From Cladosporium halotolerans (Eukaryota): DNA of 64,000 nt. The position numbers were made by a program, and so were the translations under genes. The first letter of the stretch is position 1; the number at the start of each line of letters is the position of its first letter. The notes under the pieces were generated by a model, which worked only from the letters and a program-made list of their open reading frames with translations, searched no databases and was not told the origin of the DNA. The stretch lies in assembly GCF_011745625.1 (NCBI RefSeq), contig NW_027191458.1, positions 620,001-684,000 of the forward strand. The letters run 5' to 3'. This document shows, in pieces, positions 11,689 through 23,375 of the stretch.

Positions 11689-14600
11689 TCAACCTTCCAT
11701 CCTTCTCATCTCAGCAGCATGCCCCCTCAAATTCCTCGCTAGATCACTCTCCGTCTCCTCATCAAGCTTGACAGAACTCTTCCCAGCCTTGCCAAACAGA
11801 CAACCCCACAGATCATCCTTGCCCACCAGCTCACCCCCCGCCTTCCCGCCCATAAGCAACTTCTGGATCGGCGCACTCTGCATCTCCTCCGTATCCGCCG
11901 CCTCAATCGCCATCTCCCCCAGCGGCCCCGGCGTCGCGCTCCGCGACTTCGCGCCGCGCTGACGGGACTGCACATGAGCCAAGCGGCGGGCGACGGAGAT
12001 CTCGTAGATGCTCTCCTCAACAGTGTCATTGATAAGGTACATCCAAACGGTCGTCTGGCGCGTCTGGCCAATTCGATGAACGCGCGCGACGGCCTGGAGT
12101 TCGACGGCGGTCTGGATGAGGGGCTCGCAGACAAAGACGTGCGTGGCGTTGACGAGCGTCAGACCGGAGGAGTCGGTCTTCGCGTCGAGGAGCAGGCAGT
12201 CGATGCTGGGGTCGTGGCGGAACTTCTCGACGGCGCCGGCGCGGCCGAGGCGGCTGTAGCCGATTTTGTAGGTTGTGAAGGCGCGGCCGAGGACGTCGAG
12301 GAAGTCGCGGTACTGCGAGAAGACGATTGCTTTTGCGCCGGGGTCGTTTTCGCGGATCCAGAGGAGGTGGCGGCCTAGGGTGTCGATCTTGGTGCCGAAG
12401 CTGGCGGGCAAGTCGATGGCTTTGACTTCGTCCATGAGCTTGCTGTCGACCTCGGAGTAGATAGCAGACGATCCGGCAGGTGATTCGTTGTTGCTCGCGG
12501 TGCGGTCGCGCCCAGGAGAACTAGACGTACCGCTTGTCTCCTCTTTCGCACGGAGCTCTTGCGGCTTGTACGTGATGTTGTGAAAGTCAACGAGAGCCAA
12601 GCCCCTTTTGCAGACCGGACAAGTGCGGTGTGCTCGCCACCAATGCCCAATACACTCTTTGCAGTACTGGTGTCCACAGACTGTGAGAACGCCGTTCTCG
12701 AAAGTACACTGGCAGATCACACAAATCCGCGGACCTTGTGACCCCGTCTCATCTCGTAGATGCATGAGGAATCGGTGCTTCGTCTTAAGCTGCGACAAAG
12801 ATGTGTTCTGCTGTTCTTCCTTTGCCATGATCAACTCAAGCGCCTGCAGGTCAAGTTGCTCATCAAGCTGTTCCTTGTACGGCGCGACAGCGTCGGATAC
12901 TTCTTGCAGCTGTCTATAAAACTCTAGACGCTGGTTTTGAGTAGACCGAAAGAGGTCAACTTCCTTCTCCAGACCTTCCAACGCCTTGGTGTAGCTGTTG
13001 AATACTGCTTGAAGTGCTTTGATATGCTGCTGGAGAATCATCGCCTCTGTTTCGGCTCTAGTAGTGCTGTTCTGCCACTGCATTGAACTCTCAAGGGCGC
13101 GAGACTCTTGAATAAGGCCGCGGACTGAGCCAACCTCTTCTTTGCGAGACCGAAACTTGTTGCGAATTTCGAAAAGCTCAAGAATCTTTTCAGGCGCATT
13201 GCATGGTGCTAGCAGCTCGTCAACGTCCTCTGGGTCTAGTGTTCTCTTCGCCAATCGAATGGACGTCCTCACTTCATAATCGATAAGCGCAGCGTCTTGT
13301 CCGGTGATGAAAGTGTTGAGATCGGCTTGCACGGCCTTATAAGCATCGAAGTAGACGTACAACTCATCCTGCTGTTTTGTCGATTGCTCATATTCCTCGC
13401 CAGTGATCTCGTTGCCGTCCTCATCTTCATCGACCAGTGGCTTCAACAGAAATTCAGCCATTTTAGCTCGCCATTGGACGATGATGGGCCCTTGTTCGCG
13501 TATGACATCGAAAAGATCATCACTCTTCTCAATGATCCTTCTGTTCTCAATTCCACCACGATCTTTGAGGTCGTTGATTTCCGGTATGATCGTATACCTC
13601 TTGCTGCTCGCGAGGTCTTTCATTTTCCTCATAAGACCCTCTGCCTTGCGAGAAGCGTCCCGCAAGATCTCACGACGAACTAATTTTGCCCGCTCGTAGA
13701 GATCAACTTCCTGCTCCTCAAGCCTTCGAAACTCCTCAGAGTCTGGTTTTGTGAGCGTTTCATTGACTTTGATTTGGTAGTACGCAGTGGCCGCGAAAAA
13801 GAGGCACACGTGTTGCAACTCCAAAGCGGTGCGAAGACTATTCCGCAAGCTACCGAGAAGTGGCGTTGACTCTGCAGAGGACTCGTCGGAATCGCTGACT
13901 GATGAATGCCCCGACGTATCATGTTCGGCTTTCGCGGCTTCCAGGCGTTGACGAGCTTCTGTGACCATAGTATTGCTCTTCTCCATGGCAGCTTTGTAGA
14001 TTTCCAAAGCTTTCTCGCTGCGGTGTTGATCGTCGCGATTGTTACCTAGGACGTGAGCCCTCTGCAACTGGGTTTGCAGTGCAGCACGCTCTTCTATCCT
14101 TGTGGCCGTCTCATTCTGATCTATCATGGCTTCCAAAACTTCTGAGACTGTTCGCAGCGGCGCCTGTCCTTGACCGCGACCAAGAGCTCTACGGTTCCTC
14201 CCTCCAACTTGCGGGTGTAGACAGGTCTGTCTGAGCCTGATCAGCCATTTGCGCATTCCATCAACAGTACCGGGATTATCTGGATCCCAGTAGCCATCGT
14301 TCGGTGACCCATCAGGTTGCAGTCCAAGCTCTTCGCACATTTCCGAGAAGATGTTATTGTAGTGTTGGTGTTCGACAGCTGTGAAAGGCATGGTGATGAC
14401 GACTCGTTTTTGTGGTGGTAAATGCAACTCATCTCGTATGTGACTTTTGGTATGCCTCAAGGCTATGGCGCCAAACAAGTCCCGAAATATGTGTCTATGA
14501 TTGGTGACCAGATGGCTCCAAAGACGAACATCGTCATCGAGAGGCTTGAATCTCAAGAAAATGAGAAGTCCATGCAAGTCCTGTGCATCCTTGCGTAGCG

Positions 14601-16203
14601 GTGTTCCAGATACAGCCCAGGAGTGCATCCTAGGAAGCCGACGAGCAACCTTCGCAGCTGCGGTGACGCTTGTCTCGATCATCTGAGCCTCGTCCATGAC
14701 AACCCTCCAGAATTGCACTTGTACAAGCGGGCTGCGTTTGCGTTCGAATTTACGCTCTCGACGCCGACTGCGTTCAGGCGGATCCTCCGCGAAGTGAACC
14801 TCACGAGCCAGCACTTGGTATGTGGTGAGGATCACATCATGATTCTTGGTCAAATCTTCGAGGATTTTTCCCTCATCCATCTTCTTCGTCGCAGGCGGGA
14901 TGCCTTCGTAATGCATGACCTTCAACCGTGGAGCGTGTCTTGCAAGTTCCGAGCGCCATTGAGGTAGAATTGAGTTTGGTGTGACAATCAAGGTCGCTTT
15001 GGAAGGGAGGACGTCTGTTTCTGACATTGCGTCAAAGATCCGACCAGCTGGTAGATCGTGCCGCCGATGAAGAGAAATTAGAGCCATCAGCTCAACTGTC
15101 TTCCCCAGGCCCATTTCCTCTGCTAAAAGACCTCCAGACATGCGATAGTTCCTAGACTCGGGTTTGTGACGTGAAATTGTCGCCTGAAGATGATTAACAT
15201 AGCATGTTCTTCCATCAGCATCCTGGACCTCTTCATAATTTACAGGACTGAATTCTTCCAGGTCATCTGTTGCAGCAGTGATAACACCTCCGTCTACGAC
15301 GTTTACACCTTCACGCTTCAGCATCCATTTGACGGCTCGCTCTTGAAATGGATACAGCTGGCTTTCCAGCACGTCTCCAAGATCAGCATGTTCCTTCCGA
15401 TCCGGGACGTGTACGTTGTCGTAGAAGTCCCGAGGTGTCCATGGCTCGCTTTGGTCCATCTCTTTCCTCGAAGTGTCCGGAAAGAGGCGAGCTTTCAAAT
15501 CGTAATCAGGATAGACCCGAGCTTTGCCAACGGGGACACCAGCTGGGAAAGCGGATGCTCCATCCCTCCATGCTATTGATGCCTCTAACCGCACCACATT
15601 GTAGAACTCCCCATTTGATCGTTTCAAGATGCACTGCGTCGTCGAGGCCGGGTAGTCTTTCAAGGCGGTAGCTGACGAGGTGGCTCTTTGACGGTGCGAT
15701 ACTGTAATAGCCTGCAAAGCGCTCAAAACATTCGACGGAATGTGACCTAGGTCAGCTTTGAGGACAGCGCCTTTCTTATCCGGATGTGAAAGTCGCATTC
15801 GAACACCTAGCTCGTCCTCACTGATGCCATACACGACAACCGGCACTTCATCTACTTCCGTAAAATTCAAGAATTCATCGAGCATCTCTTGTCGAGGAGT
15901 CTTCATTGCCAGTGTCTCAGGAAAGTGCAGGTCTATCGTTACGCGCGAGAGTGGAATGGTATTGGATGGTGATTGTACGGAAGGTTGCAATTTCGGAGGT
16001 CTGCTGATCCTCGCGCGCTTCCTCGGCGGTTGATGATGTTCCTCTCCGTCCTTTTCCGCATCTTGGTAATGGTGAGCGCCTCGCTCCAGGAACCATCGCA
16101 TAGGCGTAAAGCCACCGGCCTCCACGAGGATGGATTTCTCGTCCTGGGTGACGACCTGGGTGGATATCACACTTGCAACAGCACGTGTATTCGTTGGCGC
16201 CAT
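11689..16203 (-). CDS. IRC20: SNF2-family helicase / RING E3 ligase (IRC20/SHPRH-like)
   Basis: GGLLAEEMGLGKT (motif I), DEAQ (motif II), SGTP, RING CVIC..CGHQYCKEC..CPVC, HelicC GLTLVNATHV..QAVARVHRIGQ. Confidence 0.85.
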   Translation of the reverse strand: MAPTNTRAVASVISTQVVTQDEKSILVEAGGFTPMRWFLERGAHHYQDAEKDGEEHHQPPRKRARISRPPKLQPSVQSPSNTIPLSRVTIDLHFPETLAMKTPRQEMLDEFLNFTEVDEVPVVVYGISEDELGVRMRLSHPDKKGAVLKADLGHIPSNVLSALQAITVSHRQRATSSATALKDYPASTTQCILKRSNGEFYNVVRLEASIAWRDGASAFPAGVPVGKARVYPDYDLKARLFPDTSRKEMDQSEPWTPRDFYDNVHVPDRKEHADLGDVLESQLYPFQERAVKWMLKREGVNVVDGGVITAATDDLEEFSPVNYEEVQDADGRTCYVNHLQATISRHKPESRNYRMSGGLLAEEMGLGKTVELMALISLHRRHDLPAGRIFDAMSETDVLPSKATLIVTPNSILPQWRSELARHAPRLKVMHYEGIPPATKKMDEGKILEDLTKNHDVILTTYQVLAREVHFAEDPPERSRRRERKFERKRSPLVQVQFWRVVMDEAQMIETSVTAAAKVARRLPRMHSWAVSGTPLRKDAQDLHGLLIFLRFKPLDDDVRLWSHLVTNHRHIFRDLFGAIALRHTKSHIRDELHLPPQKRVVITMPFTAVEHQHYNNIFSEMCEELGLQPDGSPNDGYWDPDNPGTVDGMRKWLIRLRQTCLHPQVGGRNRRALGRGQGQAPLRTVSEVLEAMIDQNETATRIEERAALQTQLQRAHVLGNNRDDQHRSEKALEIYKAAMEKSNTMVTEARQRLEAAKAEHDTSGHSSVSDSDESSAESTPLLGSLRNSLRTALELQHVCLFFAATAYYQIKVNETLTKPDSEEFRRLEEQEVDLYERAKLVRREILRDASRKAEGLMRKMKDLASSKRYTIIPEINDLKDRGGIENRRIIEKSDDLFDVIREQGPIIVQWRAKMAEFLLKPLVDEDEDGNEITGEEYEQSTKQQDELYVYFDAYKAVQADLNTFITGQDAALIDYEVRTSIRLAKRTLDPEDVDELLAPCNAPEKILELFEIRNKFRSRKEEVGSVRGLIQESRALESSMQWQNSTTRAETEAMILQQHIKALQAVFNSYTKALEGLEKEVDLFRSTQNQRLEFYRQLQEVSDAVAPYKEQLDEQLDLQALELIMAKEEQQNTSLSQLKTKHRFLMHLRDETGSQGPRICVICQCTFENGVLTVCGHQYCKECIGHWWRAHRTCPVCKRGLALVDFHNITYKPQELRAKEETSGTSSSPGRDRTASNNESPAGSSAIYSEVDSKLMDEVKAIDLPASFGTKIDTLGRHLLWIRENDPGAKAIVFSQYRDFLDVLGRAFTTYKIGYSRLGRAGAVEKFRHDPSIDCLLLDAKTDSSGLTLVNATHVFVCEPLIQTAVELQAVARVHRIGQTRQTTVWMYLINDTVEESIYEISVARRLAHVQSRQRGAKSRSATPGPLGEMAIEAADTEEMQSAPIQKLLMGGKAGGELVGKDDLWGCLFGKAGKSSVKLDEETESDLARNLRGHAAEMRRMEG

Positions 16204-16725
16204 GATGGAGATGGAGACCTGCTCCTCAGAGAACCAAGGTGGGGGTCAGCGAAAGCGAGAGAGGTGAAGATAGGTTTGATTTGCGACTGAAGGAAGACGT
16301 CAGGCCGAGGCGAGCGATAAGATAAGGCAGGCAACCGCCACCGTGCAGCGGCTGCGGGAAGGCTCGCTACCGCCCCGCTGCGAACCTTAGGCGGCAAGGA
16401 GACACGTGCTGTCGACATCCACACCTCAATTACGGTACGGCATTAAGGCTGACCGGATCGAAAATCAAAGACGTCACGCCGTAAGCCGCAATGATCGATC
16501 ATGACTTCCGAGTTCTTGTCATATACTAAACTGCAAAGAAGCGACCCGTGCCAATCCTACATCAGCCTAAGCTCGTGGCGGGTATCCACTTTACGCCACT
16601 ACGGTACTTCGCAATTCTAAAACGACTCCGATGGGGCATCAGAAGCATAAACGTGGGGCAAAGATACAACGACGAACAAGACAGGATCTCGTGCCAGCAC
16701 ACGTAGGCACGACACTTACAGCAAG

Positions 16726-18164
16726 ATGACGGTCGCCGACAATACCCCACAGACGCCTCGTCTGGAAAAGGTATCATTTGAAAAAGCTTCCGCCTGCTCC
16801 GGATCACCTCACTAAACAAAACCAGGCACGGCATGTGAAATACTGGCTAAGATGTTTGAAAACTCTCTTACCCAGCATGTATACATCAAACGACTCAAAC
16901 CGCATGTACCTCGCCTACTTTATTCTCTCCGCCTGCGACCTGCTCGACATCATCAACACCTCAACATCACCAAAGGAGAGGCAAGAATGGATCGACTGGG
17001 TTTACTTCTGCCAGCATCCAGGTGGTGGTTTTCGAATGTGGCCCGGCACAGATTTTGGCGAGCGTGCGAATAGCGAGAATGCGAAATGGGATCCAGCAAA
17101 CATCCCTGCCACCTACTTCGCTCTAACCTCACTCCTTATCCTCGGAGACGACCTCAAGCGCGTGCACAGGCGAGAAACTCTACGCTGGGTTTACAAGATG
17201 CAAAGAGACGACGGCTCGTTCGGCGAGACCCTCGTAGAAGGCAAACAAGAAGGCGGCAGAGACCCCAGACTGGGCTACTGCGCCACCGGCATCAGATACA
17301 TTCTGCGAGGAGCAACCGAACCCGGCCCCATCATCATCAACAGCGAGTCGATACCCGACATCAACATCGACACCTACGTCAACTGCATCCGACTATCAGA
17401 AGTACGCCTCCCATCCCCCTCCCTCCACCCTCCAACCCAGCTAACACCCCCACCAGTCCTTCGACGGCGGCATCGCCGACGCGCCCTTCCACGAGCCCCA
17501 AGCAGGCTACACCTTCTGCTCGCTCGGCTCGCTCGCCTTCCTCAACCGCCTCGAAGCCGGGCACCTCTCCACCGCCCGCGCAAACCACGCCCCCTCGCGC
17601 CCCTCCGCCGCCGTCCGCTGGCTCCTCAGCCTGCAAACCGACTTCACAGACCCCGAAACCCCCCCTCCCCTCGCCCTCAACCTCCCACCCCCTCCCCCCA
17701 CGCCCTCAATCCAGCAACCCGCCCCAGCAGACCTGCACCAATCCCCCGACAAATCCACCATGTGGACCGGCTCCGTCCCCAACCTCGCCATCTGCCCCTC
17801 CCACCCCTCCTCCGCCCAACCAACCGGCCTCTCCGGCCGCCCCTCCAAGCCCGCAGACACCTGCTACGCCTTCTGGGCCGGCGCCTCGCTGGCCCTGCTC
17901 TCGCAACCGCTCCACGACACCCCCTCGCTCCGCGCGTACCTGCTCGCGAGCACGCAGCACCCCATCATGGGCGGCTTCAGCAAGTTCCCCGGCGACCGCT
18001 GGGCGGACCTGTACCACAGCTACTTGGGGCTGGCGGCGCTGAGTCTGTGCTCGAGCGCGGAGGAGAGGGAGGTTGATGGGGTCGCGGAGCTGGATGCGGG
18101 GATGTGTGTCGGTAAGGGGGTTAGGGGGAGGCTGGAGGGGGTTTGGAGGGGGTTTGAGAGCTGA
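16726..18164 (+). CDS. CDC43: Geranylgeranyltransferase type I beta subunit; exons 16726-16770, 16826-17401, 17457-18164
   Basis: LEK|ARHVKYWLRCLKTLLP..YTSNDSNR, prenyltransferase repeats, Zn ligands KPADTCYAFW and DLYHSYLGLAAL. Two canonical introns restore the frame. Confidence 0.85.
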
Positions 18165-18392
18165 TTTCTGGGAGGGGTTGTGCTGGGAGTGGATTGGAGG
18201 ATGGATTTTTGGGGTGGTTGGATGGGCGGAGGAGACGGGCGATTTGGGACGAGCGCGAGGACGAGAGGTGTTTTGCGTGCACAGGCGGAATTTGCAAAAG
18301 CATAGGATGAGACGAGAGATGAAAACGGACACGGAGAACTGTCGCACAAGCATAGCACAGCATAGCATAGCATACACCACCCTCTGTCAGAT

Positions 18393-19848
18393 CTACCTCC
18401 TCGCCTTCCTCCTCTTCACCTCCACTCCAGCTCCCGCCGACGCCCCTTTACTAACCGTCCTCCCAATCCCACCTCCACCGCCACCAACATACCTCCCCGC
18501 CTCCGGCAAAACCTGCACCCCCTGATCCTCACTGCTCTCCCCACCCCCACTGCTCTCCTCCTCGCTCTCCTCCCCAACCTCCTCCCTCAACCCACTCCCC
18601 TTCATCCTCCCGGCAGCGCCAGCGAAAGCGGACGAATCCCCCCACGCCAGCGGCGAGCTCCCCGGCGGCACGCGGCGCAGCGCGGCGAAATTGATCTCCG
18701 CTGGCGAGCCGAGGCTGCGGCGCCCCGGCGCGGCAGGCGAGGGCGGCATGGCGTTGGAAGCGGCGCGCGAGCGGCCGGCGGCCTGAGGCGGGGTGGGAGG
18801 CGGGTACCAGTCCTGGTCGTCGTGGTAGGAGCGGGAGGAGCTGGAGGAGCCCGGGCGGCCGCTGGGGCCGGGGCCGTGGTAGAAGCGGGGGGAGTATTGG
18901 GGCTGCTGGTGGGGGGCGTAGACGGGCTCGGGGGGCGTGGAGCCGCGGCGGGTGTGTTTTGAGGTTGAGCGGGAGCGGTCGCGGGTTGTGGGTGGGTGGG
19001 CGCGGGAGAGTTCGGGGCTGGGTGGTGGGTAGTAGGGCATGCCGGGGGCGTAGATTGGGTAGCCGTTGGGGCCGGCGACGATGTAGTTCTGCGGTGGTGG
19101 AGGGCCGGGGGAGAAGGGTGGTGGTTGGTCGGAGGAGACGGACATTTTGCGGCTGGACTTTGATTTCGACTTTGATTTCGAGGGCGGGGTTGATGGGCCG
19201 CCGCCGCCGCCGCCGAAGAGGCTGCTGCTCTTCTTCTTCCCCTTCGTGCTGGAGAGGCTGGCGGAGCTGTTGTTGCGGCTGCTGCTCTTGCCCTTGGACG
19301 TCTTGACCGGGGTCGCGGGAGGAGAGGCAATCTGCAGAGGCGGTGGGTGTACGGGCGCCGGCTGCTGGAATCCTCTCCTGCGCTCGAGCGCCTCCATCTC
19401 ATCCACCGACAGATTGATGTTCGTCTGTCCCGAGGCCCTGGCCTTTGCGATCCGCTCGTAAGCCGACTGCGCCAGTGCTTCCTCCCTCCCTCTGTATGCT
19501 GATCTTCCTCCCTGGTAGTATGCGTCCTCCTCCGACTCCCCTTCGCCGTAATATGCATTAGGATAACTTTCGCGCCGATGCTGCCCCGTGTCGTAACCGG
19601 TAAAATACAATTCGTCGCCGGCGAAACCGCGCTGGCGAGCGTCCCTGTAGGGGTATCCGTTGGGATCCAAATAAACGCCTTGTCCGTCATCTTCGTCACT
19701 CTCCATTTCTTCAAAGCGCTCGCCGTAATGACGAGCAGCCTCACGAAGCTCCCACTCTTGCGGTCTCAGCGATCTTCGCCCACCGCCTCCAAGGGTCACT
19801 CCGGGTGGTCTTCCCGTATCATAGGGCGAAGAGGGCGCGGCCGACCAC
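18393..19848 (-). CDS. Pro/Ser-rich ~485-codon frame, probably the frameshift-dependent C-terminal extension of YIP3
   Basis: Open frame from the splice acceptor (CAG 19851-19849) to stop 18393. First in-frame ATG is ~46 codons in. It lies in the +1 frame relative to YIP3 after splicing of intron 19901-19849. Confidence 0.75.
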
Positions 19849-19901
19849 CTGTGGTTGTCAGTGGTTGATTTGGACTTTCAAGAAATTCTCTCCAAACTCA
19901 C

Positions 19902-20432
19902 CTAGACCGCTTCCTCAGAGAAAGATGCTGCTACATCTTTATCCATGAGCGCAGCATGCCCGAGAATGCTGACGCCAGATGCACCGATCAGCCACAGAAC
20001 GGTGCTGATCGGAGAAGACCAAATGCCCAAGGGAACAGCGATGACCAGGAGACCGGTGTAGAGCTGGGAAGAAGTCGCGCGCGCGAATCCCACGTCGAGG
20101 TCGGCGCCCTGCAGCTTGCTGATACCGAACATGCCGCCGGCAACGAAGATGATGACGAACAGCATGAGCAGGTTGGTCAGCAGGCTGTAGATGCTGAGCA
20201 TGACGAAGACGACGGCATAGTTGCTGCTGAAGTAGGACAGGTTGTAGTTGACGCGGGTCTGGACCTCGCCGAAGTTCTGCGGCTTGGACAGGCGCTTGAG
20301 GTCGAAGAACTCGCTGAGCGGCTTGAGGTTGGCAAAGCGGCTGCCGATGCCCTGCGAGCGCACGCTGTCGAAGCGGCCCTGCAGGTTGAGCCGGCTGGTC
20401 AGGGCCTCGTAGGGGATGTTCATGGGAGCCAT
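19902..20432 (-). CDS. YIP3: PRA1-family Rab-GDI displacement factor Yip3 (short form, 176 aa)
   Basis: PRA1 motifs RVNYNLSYFSSNY and LGHAALM, two long hydrophobic hairpins, C-terminus FSEEAV*. Confidence 0.9.
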   Translation of the reverse strand: MAPMNIPYEALTSRLNLQGRFDSVRSQGIGSRFANLKPLSEFFDLKRLSKPQNFGEVQTRVNYNLSYFSSNYAVVFVMLSIYSLLTNLLMLFVIIFVAGGMFGISKLQGADLDVGFARATSSQLYTGLLVIAVPLGIWSSPISTVLWLIGASGVSILGHAALMDKDVAASFSEEAV

Positions 20433-21324
20433 CGTCTGCAGGGAGTGAAGCGAGCGGTGTTGCGCGGTGGCGTGTCTACCTTATTATGGCGGTTGTGTGC
20501 CTGGGATAGGGGTCAGTCTTCGACACGGCGCCAGTTTCACGTGCTGGAGGCGCTGCCGTCCGGCGCAAAGCCAGAGGGCCGCCGTGTGGCACAGCAGGCG
20601 CGGGTACGTACAGGACGTGGAGCGGGCAGGGGCGCTGAGCGAGCGAGTGGATGCGCGGCGGGGATAGCTGCGGCGTGGTATAGCGTCCGGAGGGGAAGGA
20701 GCCTGTTCGTGGTGGGCGCGAAAGGGGCGGACGTGTGGGAGGATGGCGTTTTTGGGTTTTTGGTGTTGCTGACGCCGCACGCGAGGCTTGTGGCCAGGGA
20801 ATGCGCGGATCCTCTCAATGGGGCCAGGGATGCGCCGTTGGCTGGCCCGCGCGCGCGATCCCGAGATCCCCTTGTGGCTAGCCTCAGCCTCAGCCTTACT
20901 GCCGGGCGGGCGTGCTGCTGCTGCTTGGCCGGCGCTGGCAGGGGGTGGAGGAGGCCGCGTGCAGCCTGCGGACGGCGGAGTGAGGTGTAGAGGAGGTGAA
21001 GAAAAGGACGACGGCACGCACGCGGCGCCTCGCCGGTGAAGCAGAAAAAAGCCAGCGGTATGCGGGCGGTGCGGGCTCGACAGCTGTCTTATTACTGCGA
21101 AACCGCATCGAGCTTCGCCGCAGCTCCCCACCGTTTCACGCGCGTAGCGTGCCACGAAGCGCCCGCCCAAGCGAGCCTAATCCGCCCAATCGCCCGCAGG
21201 GGAGAGCTGGCCTCGCTGGCACCGCCGCCAAAATAATGCTGCAACGTGCCAGCAGACGCAGACGCAGCGCCCAAGCAGCCCACCACCGGCCGCCTCCCTG
21301 CCCGCTCTCCTCCGCCCGCCAGCA

Positions 21325-22646
21325 ATGAATCTCCTCCTTCGGGCAGCCCTGCTGCTCGCCTGCCTGGCCGCCCTCGCCGCCGCCTGGTCCAAGGAGGACC
21401 ACGAGATCTTCCGCCTCAAGGACGAGGTCCAGGCCTCCGAGGGCCCCAATGCCACCTTCTACTCCTTCCTCGGCGTCAAGCCGTCCGCCGGCAACGACGA
21501 CATCAACAAGGCCTACCGCAAGCTGTCGCGCTCGCTGCACCCCGACAAGGCCCGCAGCAACTGGATCGCCGCCTACAATGCGCCCAAGCAGGGCAAGCCC
21601 AAGGCCGGCGCGAAGCCCACCACCCACGTCCACAAGAACAAGCAGCCGTCGCAGAGCGAGGTCAACCGCTTCATGAAGCAGGCCTCGGCGCGCTTCGAGC
21701 GTCTCAGCCTGGTCACCAACGTCCTCCGCGGCGCCGAGAGACAGCGCTACGACCACTTCCTGCACAACGGCTTCCCTGCGTGGAGAGGAACCGGTTATTA
21801 CTACGAGCGTTTCCGCCCCGGACTCGGCAGTGTCTTACTCGGCCTGTTCGTCGTCATCGGCGGCGGCGCCCACTACGGCGCCCTGTACGTCGGCTGGAAG
21901 CGCCAGCGCGAGTTCGTCGAGCGCTACGTCAAGCACGCCCGCCGCATGGCATGGGGCGACGACAGCAACCTCGCCAACATCCCCGGCCTCGGCGCCGGCC
22001 AGTCCAATGGCTCGACTCCCCGCCAGCAGACTCCCTCCGACAACGATGAGAGCATGCAGTGGAACAGGAAGCAGAAGCGCGCGATGGAGCGCGAGAAGAA
22101 GAAGAGCGGCAGCAACGGCGCGGCGAAGAACTCTCGCGCGGTCGAGAAGGCCAAGAACGAGGGCGTCAGCACGCCCGTCGAAGCCGAGCTGACCAGCGGC
22201 CCCGTCGGCGCGAAGAAGCGCACCGTGGCGGAGAACGGCAAGATCCTGATCGTCGACTCCGTCGGCAACGTCTTCCTGGAAGACGAGACGGAGGAGGGCG
22301 ACGTGCACGAGTTTCTCCTCGACGTGAGTTCAACCCACCAATCAACCAATCAACCAACGCACCCATCCACACTCGTCCACGCTGCTAACAAACCTCCCCC
22401 TCACAGCCCGAAGAAATCCCCAAGCCCTCCATCCAAGACACCTTCCTCTTCCGCGGCCCCAAGTACCTCTACAACAAGTCCGTCGGCCGCTTCCTCTCCA
22501 AGCAGACCGCCGACCACGTCGCGTGGGAAGCCAACGGCGAGCCCCTCGCCAGCGTCCCCGAGGTCTCCATCTCCGAGCCCTCGCTCTCCTCCGCCATCCC
22601 CGCCAACGCGCAGAGCGAGGGCCGCAGGCGCAAGATGAAGAGGTAG
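21325..22646 (+). CDS. ERJ5: ER-luminal DnaJ protein (ERJ5-like); exons 21325-22323, 22407-22646
   Basis: Signal peptide, WSKEDHEIFRL, J-domain with HPD (LHPDK), RYDHFLHNGFPAWRGTGYYY, TM segment. Intron GTGAGT..GCTAAC..CAG. Confidence 0.82.
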
Positions 22647-22998
22647 AGACAACATGTACGGCATGTGGAAGCATATGCGCTTCATCAAAAGTTACAGCGG
22701 ATTTGATCGTTGGGGGAGTATGTCATATTTGGCACGCATGGAGAGTAGTGTACACGTATAGATAGCAAGACCCGCTTGGTGTATGAACCTACATCGCGGC
22801 GAAAAACGAGTTGTGTTTCGTCTCGATATCGCCTCGCTCGTTTCCTCCTCGCTCCACGGCAGTGTCGCATGCTCAGCTTGTATGTCCCGTTCTCGGCCAT
22901 TGCTTCCGGTAATCAACGAACACTTTTGCTCAAACCCAACATCAAAGACTCCCAAAAACGCCACGCCAGTATGCCCAAATCTACCCCTCCAGAGAATC

Positions 22999-23375
22999 CT
23001 ACTCAAAAAACCCCATCACCAACCTCAGCGCCTCGAAAATCAGCCCACCGCAGACCACGAACAGCAGCAGATCTGTCCGCACCGTCAGTCAGCCCCCGCG
23101 CTCCGTCTTCCCCAGGGAATGTACGAAGCAACTTACAAAGCCAAATCTTGCTCACGGGCGCCTTCTGCACTTTCCCGCCCTTCTTCTTCTCCAGCAGGCG
23201 GTCGACGTCCGGCTGCGCCTTGCCGCGCTTGGCCGCCTCGCTGCGCGCGTAGGCTTCGTTTGCGCGGCGCTGTTGGGGGGTTTGGACCTGTTTTGTCGAT
23301 GAGTCGTTAGCGGGGGGGTTTGGTTTCTTTTTACGAGGCCTTTCTTCTTTTCTTGGGGAAGGGAGGGGTTACCAT
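22999..23375 (-). CDS. Ribosome-associated membrane protein RAMP4/SERP1 (Ysy6-like), 75 aa; exons 23375-23373, 23287-23137, 23072-22999
   Basis: Spliced product MVQTPQQRRANEAYARSEAAKRGK..KAPVSKIWLYLLLFVVCGGLIFEALRLVMGFFE*. Canonical introns. Missed by the ORF track. Confidence 0.85.

Noticed and set aside
19815..19904. Stop-codon readthrough of the YIP3 TAG
   Set aside because: After splicing, the 0 frame hits TGA within ten codons; the long frame is +1.
16726..20432. Functional prenylation cluster (GGTase-I beta next to prenylated Rab acceptor)
   Set aside because: Rabs are modified by GGTase-II. The adjacency is probably coincidental.
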